From a virus, in IMG/VR virus record IMGVR_UViG_3300036820_000010, positions 20,581 through 84,580 of that record: DNA of 64,000 nucleotides. One strand, 5' to 3'. Below are positions 37,400 through 46,734 of the stretch, piece after piece. Below the pieces are notes generated by a model. It did no database searches. It was not told the origin of the DNA and worked only from the letters and a program-made list of their open reading frames with translations. A program made the translations under genes and the position numbers. Each line of letters opens with the position of its first letter. Positions within the stretch are counted from its first letter, which is position 1.

Positions 37400-37645
37400 C
37401 TAAGACTTCTCCTCGTTGTCTTCATTGTCTGATGAAGGCGTGCCCATTTCCTCAGGGAAGAACCACAACCCACAGGTCTTGCACAGAGTCTGCACAATCC
37501 CCTTCTTCGCCTGCTCCTCTGCCCACGCATGCCAACCTAAGTAGTCATGGGCAGGCACGACGTCTATGTGCCAGGAGCATTTCTTGGGTTGAGAGTACGC
37601 ATCTTGGCCACGAGAGGCCCGGTAGCGATGACTCTTACGTCGCAA
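37400..37645 (-). CDS. Hypothetical protein
   Basis: 'C..H...P.DYLGWHAWA...CKTCGLW'. Confidence 0.55.
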   Translation of the reverse strand: MRRKSHRYRASRGQDAYSQPKKCSWHIDVVPAHDYLGWHAWAEEQAKKGIVQTLCKTCGLWFFPEEMGTPSSDNEDNEEKS

Positions 37646-37656
37646 TTCTAAGAGCC

Positions 37657-37899
37657 TTAAAATACCCGAGAAGTCTTAGTTCTGATCTCCCCGCCGACTG
37701 AACCTCGGTCAAAAAGAGAATCCCCCGGAAAGGCAGACTTCTCAGTCAACCCTGCCCAGTCTTGGCCTAGGACCAAGATCAAAGCCTCTTCTAGACGGTC
37801 GACCTTGTGAGCTAGGACCTCGACCGCAGACTCTGCCTTGCTCAGGCGCTGGGCCAGGGAAGGTCTAGTCTCGACAACTTGGTTCACACCTTGGTCCAC
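37657..37899 (-). CDS. Hypothetical coiled-coil protein
   Basis: RBS; heptad pattern. Confidence 0.5.
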   Translation of the reverse strand: MDQGVNQVVETRPSLAQRLSKAESAVEVLAHKVDRLEEALILVLGQDWAGLTEKSAFPGDSLFDRGSVGGEIRTKTSRVF

Positions 37900-38172
37900 C
37901 TACACATCCTCCTTACTCGCTGAGATCGACTCGATCGCAGTATCCCGAATCAACTTCTGGTCCCTCCTCAACATGTCGAAGAGTACTCTCCGCGCGACTA
38001 CCGGCTTGGACTGAACTTCGACGAACTTCCCGCCTCGCGTATGCAGGACGATCGCCCTCGCTACCCACCTTTCCTGGGTCGTGCCTAGAAGTTTGCCATC
38101 AGCATCGAAGGCCTGGTAGAAGGTCAGGTCAAGTGCTGCTGGCAAATCAAACCTTTTGTCCTTCATGTCCAT
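37900..38172 (-). CDS. Hypothetical protein
   Basis: First gene of the leftward unit. Confidence 0.5.
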   Translation of the reverse strand: MDMKDKRFDLPAALDLTFYQAFDADGKLLGTTQERWVARAIVLHTRGGKFVEVQSKPVVARRVLFDMLRRDQKLIRDTAIESISASKEDV

Positions 38173-38417
38173 CTATAAGTATATAGGGTCCGATCAAGAA
38201 GTGCGCAGTGAGAAATTGATATAGATAGGCAACCCCATCCGATATACAATCCTAAGCACCTCGGGTGGTCGCTCCCGAAAGTCGATAGGAGAAAGGGGAC
38301 TCTTGGACCTGTCCCGGTTATACAGGTCTGCCTCCAGTCATTGAGTACCCTAGAGGGCCCGAGGTACATCAAAACAAGGAGGCAGCCAGGACATGGGCCA
38401 GGCGCTAACGTCTATCG

Positions 38418-40310
38418 GTGAGTAAGTTTCGGCTCACCCATCTTCCTCAAATCACCTACGACTATGTACGCGCAGTCAGAGCAGATGGGTTGGTCGAATG
38501 CGGGGACAGGGAGTGTAAAGTCTTATGCCCTGCCCATCCCGACGTCAAACCGTCACTGTCAGTCAAGGACCTGGGCAAAGATGGCCTTCTCCTGCACTGC
38601 CATGCTGGGTGCCTGTACTCCCAGATCATCGAGGCCTTAGGTGCCCTCGAAGTCTCTGCCCCTCAACCCGCAGTCAAACTGCAGTTGAAACCAGAGACTG
38701 AAGAAACTCAAGCCTTCTCGCCCGACACCCTAGAATGGTTCTCGACCTACACTGGGGTACCTACAAGTTTTCTCTTGAGCCTAGGCAGGAACATCGCCTT
38801 CGCCCAGAAAGAAATTCGCTTCTTATTTCCAGGCGTCAAGGCAGCCAAGTACCGGAAGGCGAGAGCCAAAGAGTTCTGGTGGATCCAAGACGGGGGCGAC
38901 CGACCCCCATTCTGGCCACTCCCGCCCAAGACACTCCCTACCCGCATCTTTCTAGCGACCGGAGAGACAGACTGCATCTCACTCAAGTCTTTGGGCTATG
39001 ACGCCTTCGCCTTGACTGCAGGCGAGGGGGCGATGCCGGAACTCGCGGCACTCCGCGTTCTCTACGACCGAGGAGTACGCGAGATCGTCTATGTCCCAGA
39101 TCTAGACGAGGCGGGCCAAAGAAAGATCCCGATTCTTCAGGAAAGAATCGAAGACGCCGAGATCTCGTTCTTAGAGATCAACCTAGCATCCCAAAGAGAT
39201 CCCCTGATCGGGGAGAAAGACGCAAAAGGCGTAGTCTCTAGACTCCTCGACAGCATCGAGGCGGGAGACATCAAGAAGATTCTGGACTCGTTGGTTGCTC
39301 AACCAACTCAACTCGAAGAACGCTTTCCTACTGTCGATCTAGGCGCCTTGATGCTGGCCGGGATTCCGCCTCGCCCCTTCCTGATCCCAGACCTCATCTA
39401 CAAAGACAGGTGCATGGTTCTTCATGGACCTTCAGGTGATGGAAAGACGATGATCTCCCTGGCCTTGTGTTCCGAAATGATCAAAGCAGGAGAAACTGTC
39501 TTCTACTGCGACGAAGAAAACGGGGAAGACGAGATAGCCAAACGCCTGATGGGTTTGGGCCTAACTCCAACCCAAGTTACCAACCAGTTCCTATACTTTC
39601 CTCTAACATCGCCTTCCCTCAAAGAAGCCGACTCCCTCCTCAGGAGAATAGTAGGATTCAACCCAGTCTGGGGAGTCTTTGATTCAGGGGCTGACTTCTA
39701 CACAGCAGCAGGCCTCAAAGAGAATGACAATGACGACATGGTCACCTGGTTCAAGGCCTTTGTTCAGCCCCTGTCTCGAACTTACCAGATAGGCTCACTT
39801 CTCTTAGACCACGAAAATGCAGTTGGAGAAGAAGGTAAACCCAGAGGAGCATCTTCGAAGAAACAGAAAACTGATGCCTCCTGGCATATCAAGGTAACCA
39901 AACCTTTCGACCAGGATACTATTGGAGAGGTAGAATTCGAGAGAAAGAAGAACAGACACGGAAGCCTACCCCCCCTACGCAAGGCTAGGATAGGTGGAGA
40001 TGGACAGGGAAACATTGATTTCCACCTCTACCCCACAGTAGTAACTCCTACTGTATCTCAACAGCAGGCACACGCTAATGCTAAGAGGATGCAGTACTGG
40101 TGGACCGAAGTCGACAAGGTACTTCGCCAGGCAGGATGCGTCGATGCTTCTTCGGGGCTGAGTCAATCGAAGCTGTTTTCTGCTCTTCCCTCAGGCCTAG
40201 GTCAAGCAGACAAGACCCAAATGATGCAGGATTGCGCAGACTCTCCTCTGTCTAAGGTCAAGCGTCAAGTCTTCGGGCCTAGGAAGACAATTACTTACTG
40301 GGTAGTGTAG
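38418..40310 (+). CDS. DNA primase-helicase (Zn finger, TOPRIM, AAA_25/RepA-like helicase)
   Basis: 'CPAHPDVKPSLS...LLHCHAGC', 'GETD', 'PDLDEAG', 'GPSGDGKT', 'LLDH', 'RGAS'. Confidence 0.9.
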   Translation: MSKFRLTHLPQITYDYVRAVRADGLVECGDRECKVLCPAHPDVKPSLSVKDLGKDGLLLHCHAGCLYSQIIEALGALEVSAPQPAVKLQLKPETEETQAFSPDTLEWFSTYTGVPTSFLLSLGRNIAFAQKEIRFLFPGVKAAKYRKARAKEFWWIQDGGDRPPFWPLPPKTLPTRIFLATGETDCISLKSLGYDAFALTAGEGAMPELAALRVLYDRGVREIVYVPDLDEAGQRKIPILQERIEDAEISFLEINLASQRDPLIGEKDAKGVVSRLLDSIEAGDIKKILDSLVAQPTQLEERFPTVDLGALMLAGIPPRPFLIPDLIYKDRCMVLHGPSGDGKTMISLALCSEMIKAGETVFYCDEENGEDEIAKRLMGLGLTPTQVTNQFLYFPLTSPSLKEADSLLRRIVGFNPVWGVFDSGADFYTAAGLKENDNDDMVTWFKAFVQPLSRTYQIGSLLLDHENAVGEEGKPRGASSKKQKTDASWHIKVTKPFDQDTIGEVEFERKKNRHGSLPPLRKARIGGDGQGNIDFHLYPTVVTPTVSQQQAHANAKRMQYWWTEVDKVLRQAGCVDASSGLSQSKLFSALPSGLGQADKTQMMQDCADSPLSKVKRQVFGPRKTITYWVV

Positions 40311-40335
40311 AGGACCCCCAATCCGTCTATAATTA

Positions 40336-40562
40336 CGACCGCCTCGCCACCGTCTCGAGATGGTGTGAGACAGCATGACCCGGTCCATGTCCGACGACCG
40401 CCTCGTGGGGGGCCATAAGAACGAAGTTCTGGCCCCTAGCGAGACGGTCGGAGTGGACCCTGAATGACCGGCGAGGTGGTCACTAGCGACCGTAGCGACC
40501 GCCTCACTCCGGTCGCAACGGTCGCAGAAATTTAAGGAAACTCCCCAAAACCGACCGCCTCG
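40336..40562. repeat. Iteron-like repeats (4x CGACCGCCTC plus inverted GGTCG copies), putative replication origin
   Basis: Copies at 40336, 40395, 40496 and 40552, in non-coding DNA directly after the primase-helicase. Confidence 0.6.
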
Positions 40563-40575
40563 TCAGGAGAAAACC

Positions 40576-41232
40576 TTGAAGACCAGCCTCTATCGGTTTT
40601 TCGACAGACAGGGAAACCTACTCTACATCGGGATTTCAAAGGCCCCCCTCCAACGCCTCCTGCAGCATCGGGAGGAAAAACTTTGGTGGGAAGAAATCGG
40701 AACCATCAAACTTGAGTTTTTCGAGACCCGAGAAGAAGCCCTCTTCCAAGAATTTACCGCAATTCAAGCAGAACAACCCAGGTACAACATCCACAGTAAA
40801 AAACTTAGGCAAGTTTCCCCCAAACTAGGGAATGCACTACCTTCTTCCCTTCTGCCTACTGAACTCATATTCGAAGGGGAATCCAAATTAGGGTGGAATC
40901 TACCTGACGACTGTCCCCACTGTGAACTTCCAGTGTCTCCGGTCAAGATTGATCTCCTAACCGGAGAATGTTTCTACTCCTGTCCTACCTCCCAACTCAC
41001 CTGGACCTGCCGTTGGGGACTCGAATACAACTTGGGTAAAAGGACCTTCTCAAACCTGAAAAACTTAACTAGAGGAATGAGCAAAGTAATCCAAGTCCCT
41101 GGAGGCTATGCCTGCACCCAAGAAGACCTCAGAGAACTTAAGACCCTCAACCTAAAATTTCCTTCTCCCCTTAGAAGATGCTGGAAAGGTTGGGATGGGA
41201 AGTTTTATGGGTTCACTCAAAACCTCCTATAA
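40576..41232 (+). CDS. GIY-YIG nuclease domain protein
   Basis: 'LYRFFD..GNLLYIGIS....RL.QH...K.WW', 'E..AI..E.PRYN'. Confidence 0.8.
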   Translation: MKTSLYRFFDRQGNLLYIGISKAPLQRLLQHREEKLWWEEIGTIKLEFFETREEALFQEFTAIQAEQPRYNIHSKKLRQVSPKLGNALPSSLLPTELIFEGESKLGWNLPDDCPHCELPVSPVKIDLLTGECFYSCPTSQLTWTCRWGLEYNLGKRTFSNLKNLTRGMSKVIQVPGGYACTQEDLRELKTLNLKFPSPLRRCWKGWDGKFYGFTQNLL

Positions 41233-41265
41233 TGATGGAAAGATCGATCATAGGAGAACTCAAGA

Positions 41266-41571
41266 GTGCACCCGAAAGACATCGTCGTCGACCAGTTGTA
41301 CAGTCGAACTTGGCAAGCAGTCGAGACAACCCCTGAGGCCCAGGAAGCCCACCGGGAGTTCATCAAGTTCTGGGTCGACTGGCTGACCGAAGAAAGCAAC
41401 GGCGAATTCAGGCATCAGCGGGCAGAACCTTTGATGGCACTCCCCTCGATCATCGGGCAACACCAGGAGATCAAGGCACTCCCTCCGCGGACAAACCCGG
41501 AAAACAACCCTATAGCCCAACCGCCCTCGGTGTCGAGGCGACAGCGTAGCCCGAAGGCGAAAGCAGAGTGA
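41266..41571 (+). CDS. Hypothetical protein
   Basis: RBS AGGAG; TATAAT upstream. Confidence 0.5.
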   Translation: MHPKDIVVDQLYSRTWQAVETTPEAQEAHREFIKFWVDWLTEESNGEFRHQRAEPLMALPSIIGQHQEIKALPPRTNPENNPIAQPPSVSRRQRSPKAKAE

Positions 41572-41918
41572 AGTACGCCTCAACCGTCGATGAAGCAGCA
41601 GGTATCCTGAAGGTCTCCTCGCCTACCGTCAGGCGTTGGTGCATTTCAGGAAAACTCAAAGCAGTCAAGTTTGGAGACTCCTGGATGATTGATCTGAACC
41701 CGAGCCCGTCCAAGGATCATCCCGTCTACCGCAAAGTCAAGGACGACTCGAGGGGAGTAACTCCTGTCTACTTCATCGTCTGCGACGAGGGCTACCGGGA
41801 GTCGATTGTCTGCGATGGGATGTACGAGTGGGCAGCCGATTGGTTGCTCGAGGTTTTGGGCCGACGACCTTATGCCCCAAGACATCGGCCTCAGGAGTCG
41901 GTCCATAGTGGGACCTGA
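41568..41918 (+). CDS. Excisionase-like HTH (HTH_17) protein with C-terminal extension
   Basis: 'TVDEAAGILKVSSPTVRRWCISGKLKAVKFGDSWMI'. Confidence 0.8.
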   Translation: MKYASTVDEAAGILKVSSPTVRRWCISGKLKAVKFGDSWMIDLNPSPSKDHPVYRKVKDDSRGVTPVYFIVCDEGYRESIVCDGMYEWAADWLLEVLGRRPYAPRHRPQESVHSGT

Positions 41919-42213
41919 ACTCAACTTTTCTGGTGTCGAGAACACCCCGGGCGAACACTTCTCTGGGCGTCCTAAGGCCTGGTGCTGTGACTGCCGCGAA
42001 TGGTGCTACCCTGATCCTGAACTGCACTGCGGTTGCTGCACCGACTACCTGAAGTCCATCGCCAGGCGCCCCTCGATGAGTTTTCGTTGGTATGACCTGT
42101 GGGTAGGGGCCTACTTCGATCAGGAGTACCAGCGCCTGTTCATCTGCCTTCTTCCGACCTGGGTCCTACGCATCGACCTGCGCTGGTTTGCGAGGCGACA
42201 CCAGAAAGGGTGA
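41806..42213 (+). CDS. Hypothetical Cys-rich protein (likely start ~41872)
   Basis: 'WCCDCREWCYP...CGCC', 'WYDLWVGAYFD'. Confidence 0.5.
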   Translation: MSAMGCTSGQPIGCSRFWADDLMPQDIGLRSRSIVGPELNFSGVENTPGEHFSGRPKAWCCDCREWCYPDPELHCGCCTDYLKSIARRPSMSFRWYDLWVGAYFDQEYQRLFICLLPTWVLRIDLRWFARRHQKG

Positions 42214-42244
42214 TTCTGCCTCCTTGGTGTCGAGAGGCTGTCAC

Positions 42245-42465
42245 GAGAAGGGTAGGGTACGGTACTTTCGGTGAGGATCAAAACTTAACTCTGCTAGGCA
42301 TTAGCAAGAGGAGGTTTCGGGTCGGGGGCGAGAGATCAAAGACCCCTCGCTCCCTTTGACCCAACACGAGTTCGAAACTCAAGCACACGGGATCAACCCT
42401 GTGTGTGTGTGAAGTCTAGTGCACGTGCGGTACTCGCGCGTACTAGAACCTTCCCTTTTCTTGCC
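42245..42465 (+). ncRNA. Candidate structured RNA (~220 nt, multi-hairpin junction)
   Basis: Closing helix GAGAAGGG/CCCTTTTC enclosing five hairpins with G-U pairs on the + strand; no credible ORF. Confidence 0.4.
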
Positions 42466-42825
42466 TTCTTTTGTGGTGTCGAGATTGAAAACTTCCTCTG
42501 CCTTCCAAGCGAGTTCTGCAGTTTTTGACCAAGAACCTCATCCAACCCGAGGACTTTGTCTTGTTCTCGTAGGCGACTTTACTCCCGCAACTACTCAGCC
42601 TTATAACCTCAGGTTAGATGCCATGAGTTATCAACCCGGAAATTAATACAGAATCTTCCCCGATTGCGCAGATGATCATTATCAGACCAAAACTCAAGGG
42701 TACTCGAGCATAAGGTCCTAGTCTTGCCCAATGTCTAAGAACAACGTACCCTTCCCACATAAGGCAAAGGGATGATCCTAGGATAACTCCTCGAATAACC
42801 CAGGGTCATAAGGTTTGTAGAGGCC

Positions 42826-43362
42826 TCACCCACCACTCCCCTCCTCGGGCAGTTTGGACTGCTCCCTCAGCGCGGAGACGATGGGCTCTGGGATGTGGCC
42901 GTCCTGATACTTCACGCGGAGCCAGTCGGCGGTTTCGTCCGGTTCCCAATACATATCCTTGTCAAGCTGTGCCGCCAGCGCCTCATACCGCTCCTGCTCC
43001 CGAACGAGGAGGGGCTGGACGGCGGTGGCGATGTACCCAGCCATGAGGTCCCACTTATGTCGCTCGATACGGTCTACGAAGAATCCCCGGCCATGATCAG
43101 TCGCCTCATCCTCCAGTGCCTTCAGGATCACTTCGGTCAGGCCAGCGGCCCCCGGCACCACCCGTTCCCGCTCTGCGCGGGCTCCGTAGGCCAGAATCCA
43201 CCTGGCAAGCTCAGGGTTGCAGCCGATCAACGGCTTCCCGGCTGATTCCGGGTTCGTGAACTTCTCTTCTTCGTAGCGAGCACTGGCTTCGGCCCGGAGG
43301 CGTTGCATCTCGGCCTGAAGCGCCGTCGCGAAGTCGTCGGGCTGGCTGGTTTGGTTAGGCAT
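42826..43362 (-). CDS. Hypothetical protein
   Basis: Long ORF in the leftward accessory unit. Confidence 0.5.
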   Translation of the reverse strand: MPNQTSQPDDFATALQAEMQRLRAEASARYEEEKFTNPESAGKPLIGCNPELARWILAYGARAERERVVPGAAGLTEVILKALEDEATDHGRGFFVDRIERHKWDLMAGYIATAVQPLLVREQERYEALAAQLDKDMYWEPDETADWLRVKYQDGHIPEPIVSALREQSKLPEEGSGG

Positions 43363-43543
43363 GACCGACTGCTCCCACAAGCAGGGTGCCGAGACCGGTG
43401 ATGAGCATGACTACGGCTAGGCGTGGGTCTACACGAGGGGTCTTAGCTCCCAGTGAGTATCCAGTGATGATGACTCCGCCCACCATCGAGATCGACCAGG
43501 CGACCAGGGTGATCCCGATCCTCGCTGCAGTCAGCCAGGTCAT
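43355..43543 (-). CDS. Small 2-TM membrane protein
   Basis: MTWLTAARIG...; ATGA-coupled. Confidence 0.55.
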   Translation of the reverse strand: MTWLTAARIGITLVAWSISMVGGVIITGYSLGAKTPRVDPRLAVVMLITGLGTLLVGAVGHA

Positions 43544-43638
43544 GGCTGACTCCTCCCGATCAAGTAGCCGACGACCAGGGCAAAGATAGAGAGGAACGTG
43601 ATGACGGCCATCATCCACAGGAACGCATTGACAGTCAT
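43540..43638 (-). CDS. Small single-TM protein (32 aa)
   Basis: MTVNAFLWMMAVITFLSIFALVVGYLIGRSQP; ATGA overlaps at both ends. Confidence 0.5.
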   Translation of the reverse strand: MTVNAFLWMMAVITFLSIFALVVGYLIGRSQP

Positions 43639-43832
43639 GGCTGCCTCCTCCAGGGCCATCGTCCCTGCTCTCTGCGATACCCGAAGTTGACGATGGTCAG
43701 CATGATGGCGGCGAACGCGGCCAGGGCCACGAACGCCAGGAATGGGGAGGCGCGGACCAGCAGGATGTAGGGGACGAAGAGGATGCAGCCCGTCACGATC
43801 CCGGCTATCGCCATCTTCTGGGCGGTCTTCAT
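43635..43832 (-). CDS. Small 2-TM membrane protein
   Basis: Two hydrophobic helices and a basic C-terminus. Confidence 0.6.
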   Translation of the reverse strand: MKTAQKMAIAGIVTGCILFVPYILLVRASPFLAFVALAAFAAIMLTIVNFGYRREQGRWPWRRQP

Positions 43833-43871
43833 GGCTGCCTCTTCCAGGGCCAGATCTCGCGGAGTTCGGGG

Positions 43872-44132
43872 CTACTGCTCATGGCCGGCGGCCTCTAAGA
43901 GGGCGCGGTAGGTGTTGTAGAGAAGGTCCGCGGCGCCGTCAACCTCGGCTCCGGTACCGACGAATTCAGGGAGCATCGTCTTACTCCACTCCTCCAGCGC
44001 CCGCAACAGGGCGGGGAGTTGGGGAGCTATGCGCTCAAGAATTGCCCGCTGAAGAATTGCGTCATGTGTGTCGTCAAAGTGATTCGCCTTGGGCACGGAG
44101 AGGTGCTCCAGGTCGTCAGCCAACTTGCTCAT
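43872..44132 (-). CDS. Hypothetical protein
   Basis: ATGA-coupled; RBS GGAGGAG. Confidence 0.55.
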   Translation of the reverse strand: MSKLADDLEHLSVPKANHFDDTHDAILQRAILERIAPQLPALLRALEEWSKTMLPEFVGTGAEVDGAADLLYNTYRALLEAAGHEQ

Positions 44133-44611
44133 GGCTTCTCCTCCAGGGCGGCCAGCGCCTCTTGGGCGACCTCACTCGTTGGGCCTCCATGAGGAAGGCC
44201 TAGAACGGTCCGAGCTATCGTCCCCGCATCCGCGGAAGCCGTCACCGCCGACTGCTGCGAGGATGCCTTCACGATCCACCGCAGCGCCTTCTCGTAGCGC
44301 TCCAGGCGCTCGACATAGGGGCGAAGGCAGGCAGTTTCCTCCTGCGAGGCCTCGACCATCCCGAGGGTGAAGTCCAAGTAGTGTTCCTTAACTACCTCGA
44401 CCACCTTGGTAGCCAGGTCCCCCCAATAGATGTGCGGGTCTAACTGCCCCCAGGCATCCAAGACCTCCAAGATCTTAGACTCCAGAGTCTTGGTCTGGTC
44501 TGATTCTTCTAAGGCTTCAGTAGGAGTACCCAGTCTCCCATCTCGCATAGGTACTCCTAGGATCAAGTCCTCTTCTTCATCCTCGGGTGGATCATTCAAT
44601 TCATCAGACAC
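44129..44611 (-). CDS. Hypothetical protein
   Basis: Co-oriented ORF. Confidence 0.5.
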   Translation of the reverse strand: MSDELNDPPEDEEEDLILGVPMRDGRLGTPTEALEESDQTKTLESKILEVLDAWGQLDPHIYWGDLATKVVEVVKEHYLDFTLGMVEASQEETACLRPYVERLERYEKALRWIVKASSQQSAVTASADAGTIARTVLGLPHGGPTSEVAQEALAALEEKP

Positions 44612-44960
44612 CAGACTTCTCCTTCTCGCCTAAGGCGTCCTCAAGGTTTACTTCGACTAACATGCCCAAGCGACCTGCGATCCTGACCAGTTGCGACACT
44701 GAGGGGTAAGCATCGTAGAACCCGCGACAGACAGGGGAATCTCGAGTTACTCTTGCCTCATCGTTCCCATCGTCTTCTTCGACCGTGTACTCCTCGTAGA
44801 CCATAGTCTCATGGCAGGGGATATGGGTCTGTCTCGCTCGACACTCTTCGACCATACTGTGGACTCGACCCGGGTTTAACTGCATCTTGTTCCCGGGTCG
44901 GAAGATACAGGTAGCGCACTGCTCACTGAGTACATAAGCGAGACTTCGTTGCCTACTCAC
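44604..44960 (-). CDS. Cys-rich hypothetical protein
   Basis: 'QCATCIFRPGN', 'IPCHET', 'VCRGF'. Confidence 0.6.
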   Translation of the reverse strand: MSRQRSLAYVLSEQCATCIFRPGNKMQLNPGRVHSMVEECRARQTHIPCHETMVYEEYTVEEDDGNDEARVTRDSPVCRGFYDAYPSVSQLVRIAGRLGMLVEVNLEDALGEKEKSGV

Positions 44961-45168
44961 TCGACTCCTCCTTCTCCTTGTAGGTAATGACTACAGAGAG
45001 GAGTTGCTTCGACTTGGTGTCGAGGGACCAACAGGTCCGGTCGACTCGTCTTGATGCTCCATCCAAGAAGTAGTTTAGCCAGTCTAGAGGAACCAAAACC
45101 AAGGAGATACCTATACACAGGAGCGCTTCTCCCCAAGGCCGGTCTGAGAGAAAGGCCTTGATCATCAA
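44953..45168 (-). CDS. Hypothetical membrane protein
   Basis: MIKAFLS start coupled to the upstream stop. Confidence 0.4.
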   Translation of the reverse strand: MMIKAFLSDRPWGEALLCIGISLVLVPLDWLNYFLDGASRRVDRTCWSLDTKSKQLLSVVITYKEKEESSE

Positions 45169-45635
45169 GAAGCCCTTTCCACGATCGTCCCACAGTGGGC
45201 GCAAGGAGTTCCGAGTACCTGGTCTGGTGTCGAGCAAGCCTGGCAGACCTGCGGATCCCAGGAGATCACCCAACCCAGATTGAAGCGGGCGTGACGATAC
45301 TCCTCGAGGGCGTCTAAGTTCACTCCGTATCCCCCTCTCGTCGGAGGTGAGGAGATCAGGTGGTCGTAGGCCTGTCCGTACTGGACCCAGGCCTGGTCGA
45401 GATTCAGTCGCTTACCCACTGTCGAGGCAGCATAGACCTCGAGGTACAGGCGGGAGTTCTTCATCGCTTCGTGGTAGGTCCGGTACTTGGCTCGGTACTC
45501 TAGATCTTCTAGGGTCAGGTGGGACTTGATTACAGGCCTGACTTTCTGGGGGCCCCTAAGAGAAGTTCTGCGCCGGTTAGGCCGGTAGAAGCCTCTAATC
45601 CCGGGAAACAGTGGGAACGAGATCCCGAAACTCAT
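45165..45635 (-). CDS. Hypothetical protein with C-terminal Zn ribbon
   Basis: 'CQAC...CAHCG'. Confidence 0.55.
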   Translation of the reverse strand: MSFGISFPLFPGIRGFYRPNRRRTSLRGPQKVRPVIKSHLTLEDLEYRAKYRTYHEAMKNSRLYLEVYAASTVGKRLNLDQAWVQYGQAYDHLISSPPTRGGYGVNLDALEEYRHARFNLGWVISWDPQVCQACSTPDQVLGTPCAHCGTIVERAS

Positions 45636-45865
45636 CTTACTCTCCTGCGGTCTGCCTTCGGATGCTTCGGAGGCCTCTGGGACTTCTCATCCAGGGCAGC
45701 CGACGCTTTGACCAAGCGGGTGACTTCTCGAGTCGCCTTCCCCTTCTTCCTCTTGACGACCTGCGCCAACTTCTCGTCTAGGCTCAACGCCTGGTAGTGG
45801 GCCTGCCTAGCAACTGCTGCCTCTCGACGCTTGGTCTTGCGACCTGGGAAGTTCTTTCTTCTCAT
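45632..45865 (-). CDS. Small basic protein
   Basis: K/R-rich; RBS GGAGG. Confidence 0.55.
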   Translation of the reverse strand: MRRKNFPGRKTKRREAAVARQAHYQALSLDEKLAQVVKRKKGKATREVTRLVKASAALDEKSQRPPKHPKADRRRVR

Positions 45866-45869
45866 CTAA

Positions 45870-46301
45870 TTACCTCCGGTTTGTCGAAGTGACTCGAACC
45901 TCGTAGGTCTCACCCCCGAGTGAGGTCTCGAACTGTAGGTTAGGGAAGGGGAAGAACTCATACAGACGACGGAGTGCCAACTCGATATCGTCCTCTAAGC
46001 GCTTGACTGCTGCCTTGCGCTCCGAGTTGAGGTCGAGAGTACCCGAGGGCATCTCCAAGGCCTGTCTCGAAGAGCGGATGTTCTTTCTCCGAGTTCGCAT
46101 CAGGGAGTTTCTCTCCTCTCGGATCTTCTCCTTCTCGCCTTCGGTCATCACTTCGCTAGCGCAGATGTGGGCGGTCTTGAGGTCAGGATTCATCTTGCGG
46201 TGGACTTCGCGGTAGGTCTTCTTGAGTTGCCCTACTCTTTGCGAGGCCTTGGCCATCGGGACGTCTTCCTCTTGGAAGTCTGGAAGGGAGTCTAGAATCA
46301 C
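45870..46301 (-). CDS. Hypothetical protein
   Basis: Co-oriented ORF. Confidence 0.5.
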   Translation of the reverse strand: MILDSLPDFQEEDVPMAKASQRVGQLKKTYREVHRKMNPDLKTAHICASEVMTEGEKEKIREERNSLMRTRRKNIRSSRQALEMPSGTLDLNSERKAAVKRLEDDIELALRRLYEFFPFPNLQFETSLGGETYEVRVTSTNRR

Positions 46302-46495
46302 TCTGAAATCCCCTTGGGCAGGACCTTCTGCCAGACTGAGTGAACTTCGAATCCATCGAAGATCGAGGTTTTTAGTCCCTGGCGCAGATGAGTAACTGCT
46401 TCCTCGGGACTCCTGGCCTTGAGGACTCTAGTGGTGACAGTGTTCTTGAAACTCCCATTGAACCTCTTGCTGATCTTGACCTGGTAGGTGTTCAC
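46298..46495 (-). CDS. Hypothetical protein
   Basis: RBS; coupled ORF. Confidence 0.5.
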   Translation of the reverse strand: MNTYQVKISKRFNGSFKNTVTTRVLKARSPEEAVTHLRQGLKTSIFDGFEVHSVWQKVLPKGISE

Positions 46496-46668
46496 CTCGC
46501 CTCCTGCTTGTTGAGACGGTCGATGAAGTCCCTTTCCGCGATCGGGTTCGGGGACTTCACGTTCTGCAAGTCGTAGTAGAACTTGAGGTCCAGAATATGC
46601 CTGACCTTAGCCGCCCCGAACAGCGACCTGACCTTGACCATCTCGTAGCGATCTTCTTTTCTGTTCAT
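46492..46668 (-). CDS. Hypothetical protein (58 aa), first gene after the promoter
   Basis: MNRKEDRYEMVKV...DFIDRLNKQEAR; follows TTGCAT-N17-TATAAT. Confidence 0.55.
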   Translation of the reverse strand: MNRKEDRYEMVKVRSLFGAAKVRHILDLKFYYDLQNVKSPNPIAERDFIDRLNKQEAR

Positions 46669-46734
46669 CTCCTATGATTATAGGTCATCCTGACAGGAAA
46701 TGCAAGGACCTTTAGGAGAATCTAGGCTTGGATC

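Noticed and set aside
41568-41918. Excisionase-like gene as evidence of a prophage
   Set aside because: No integrase, att site or host genes in the window; HTH_17 domains are common in lytic phages
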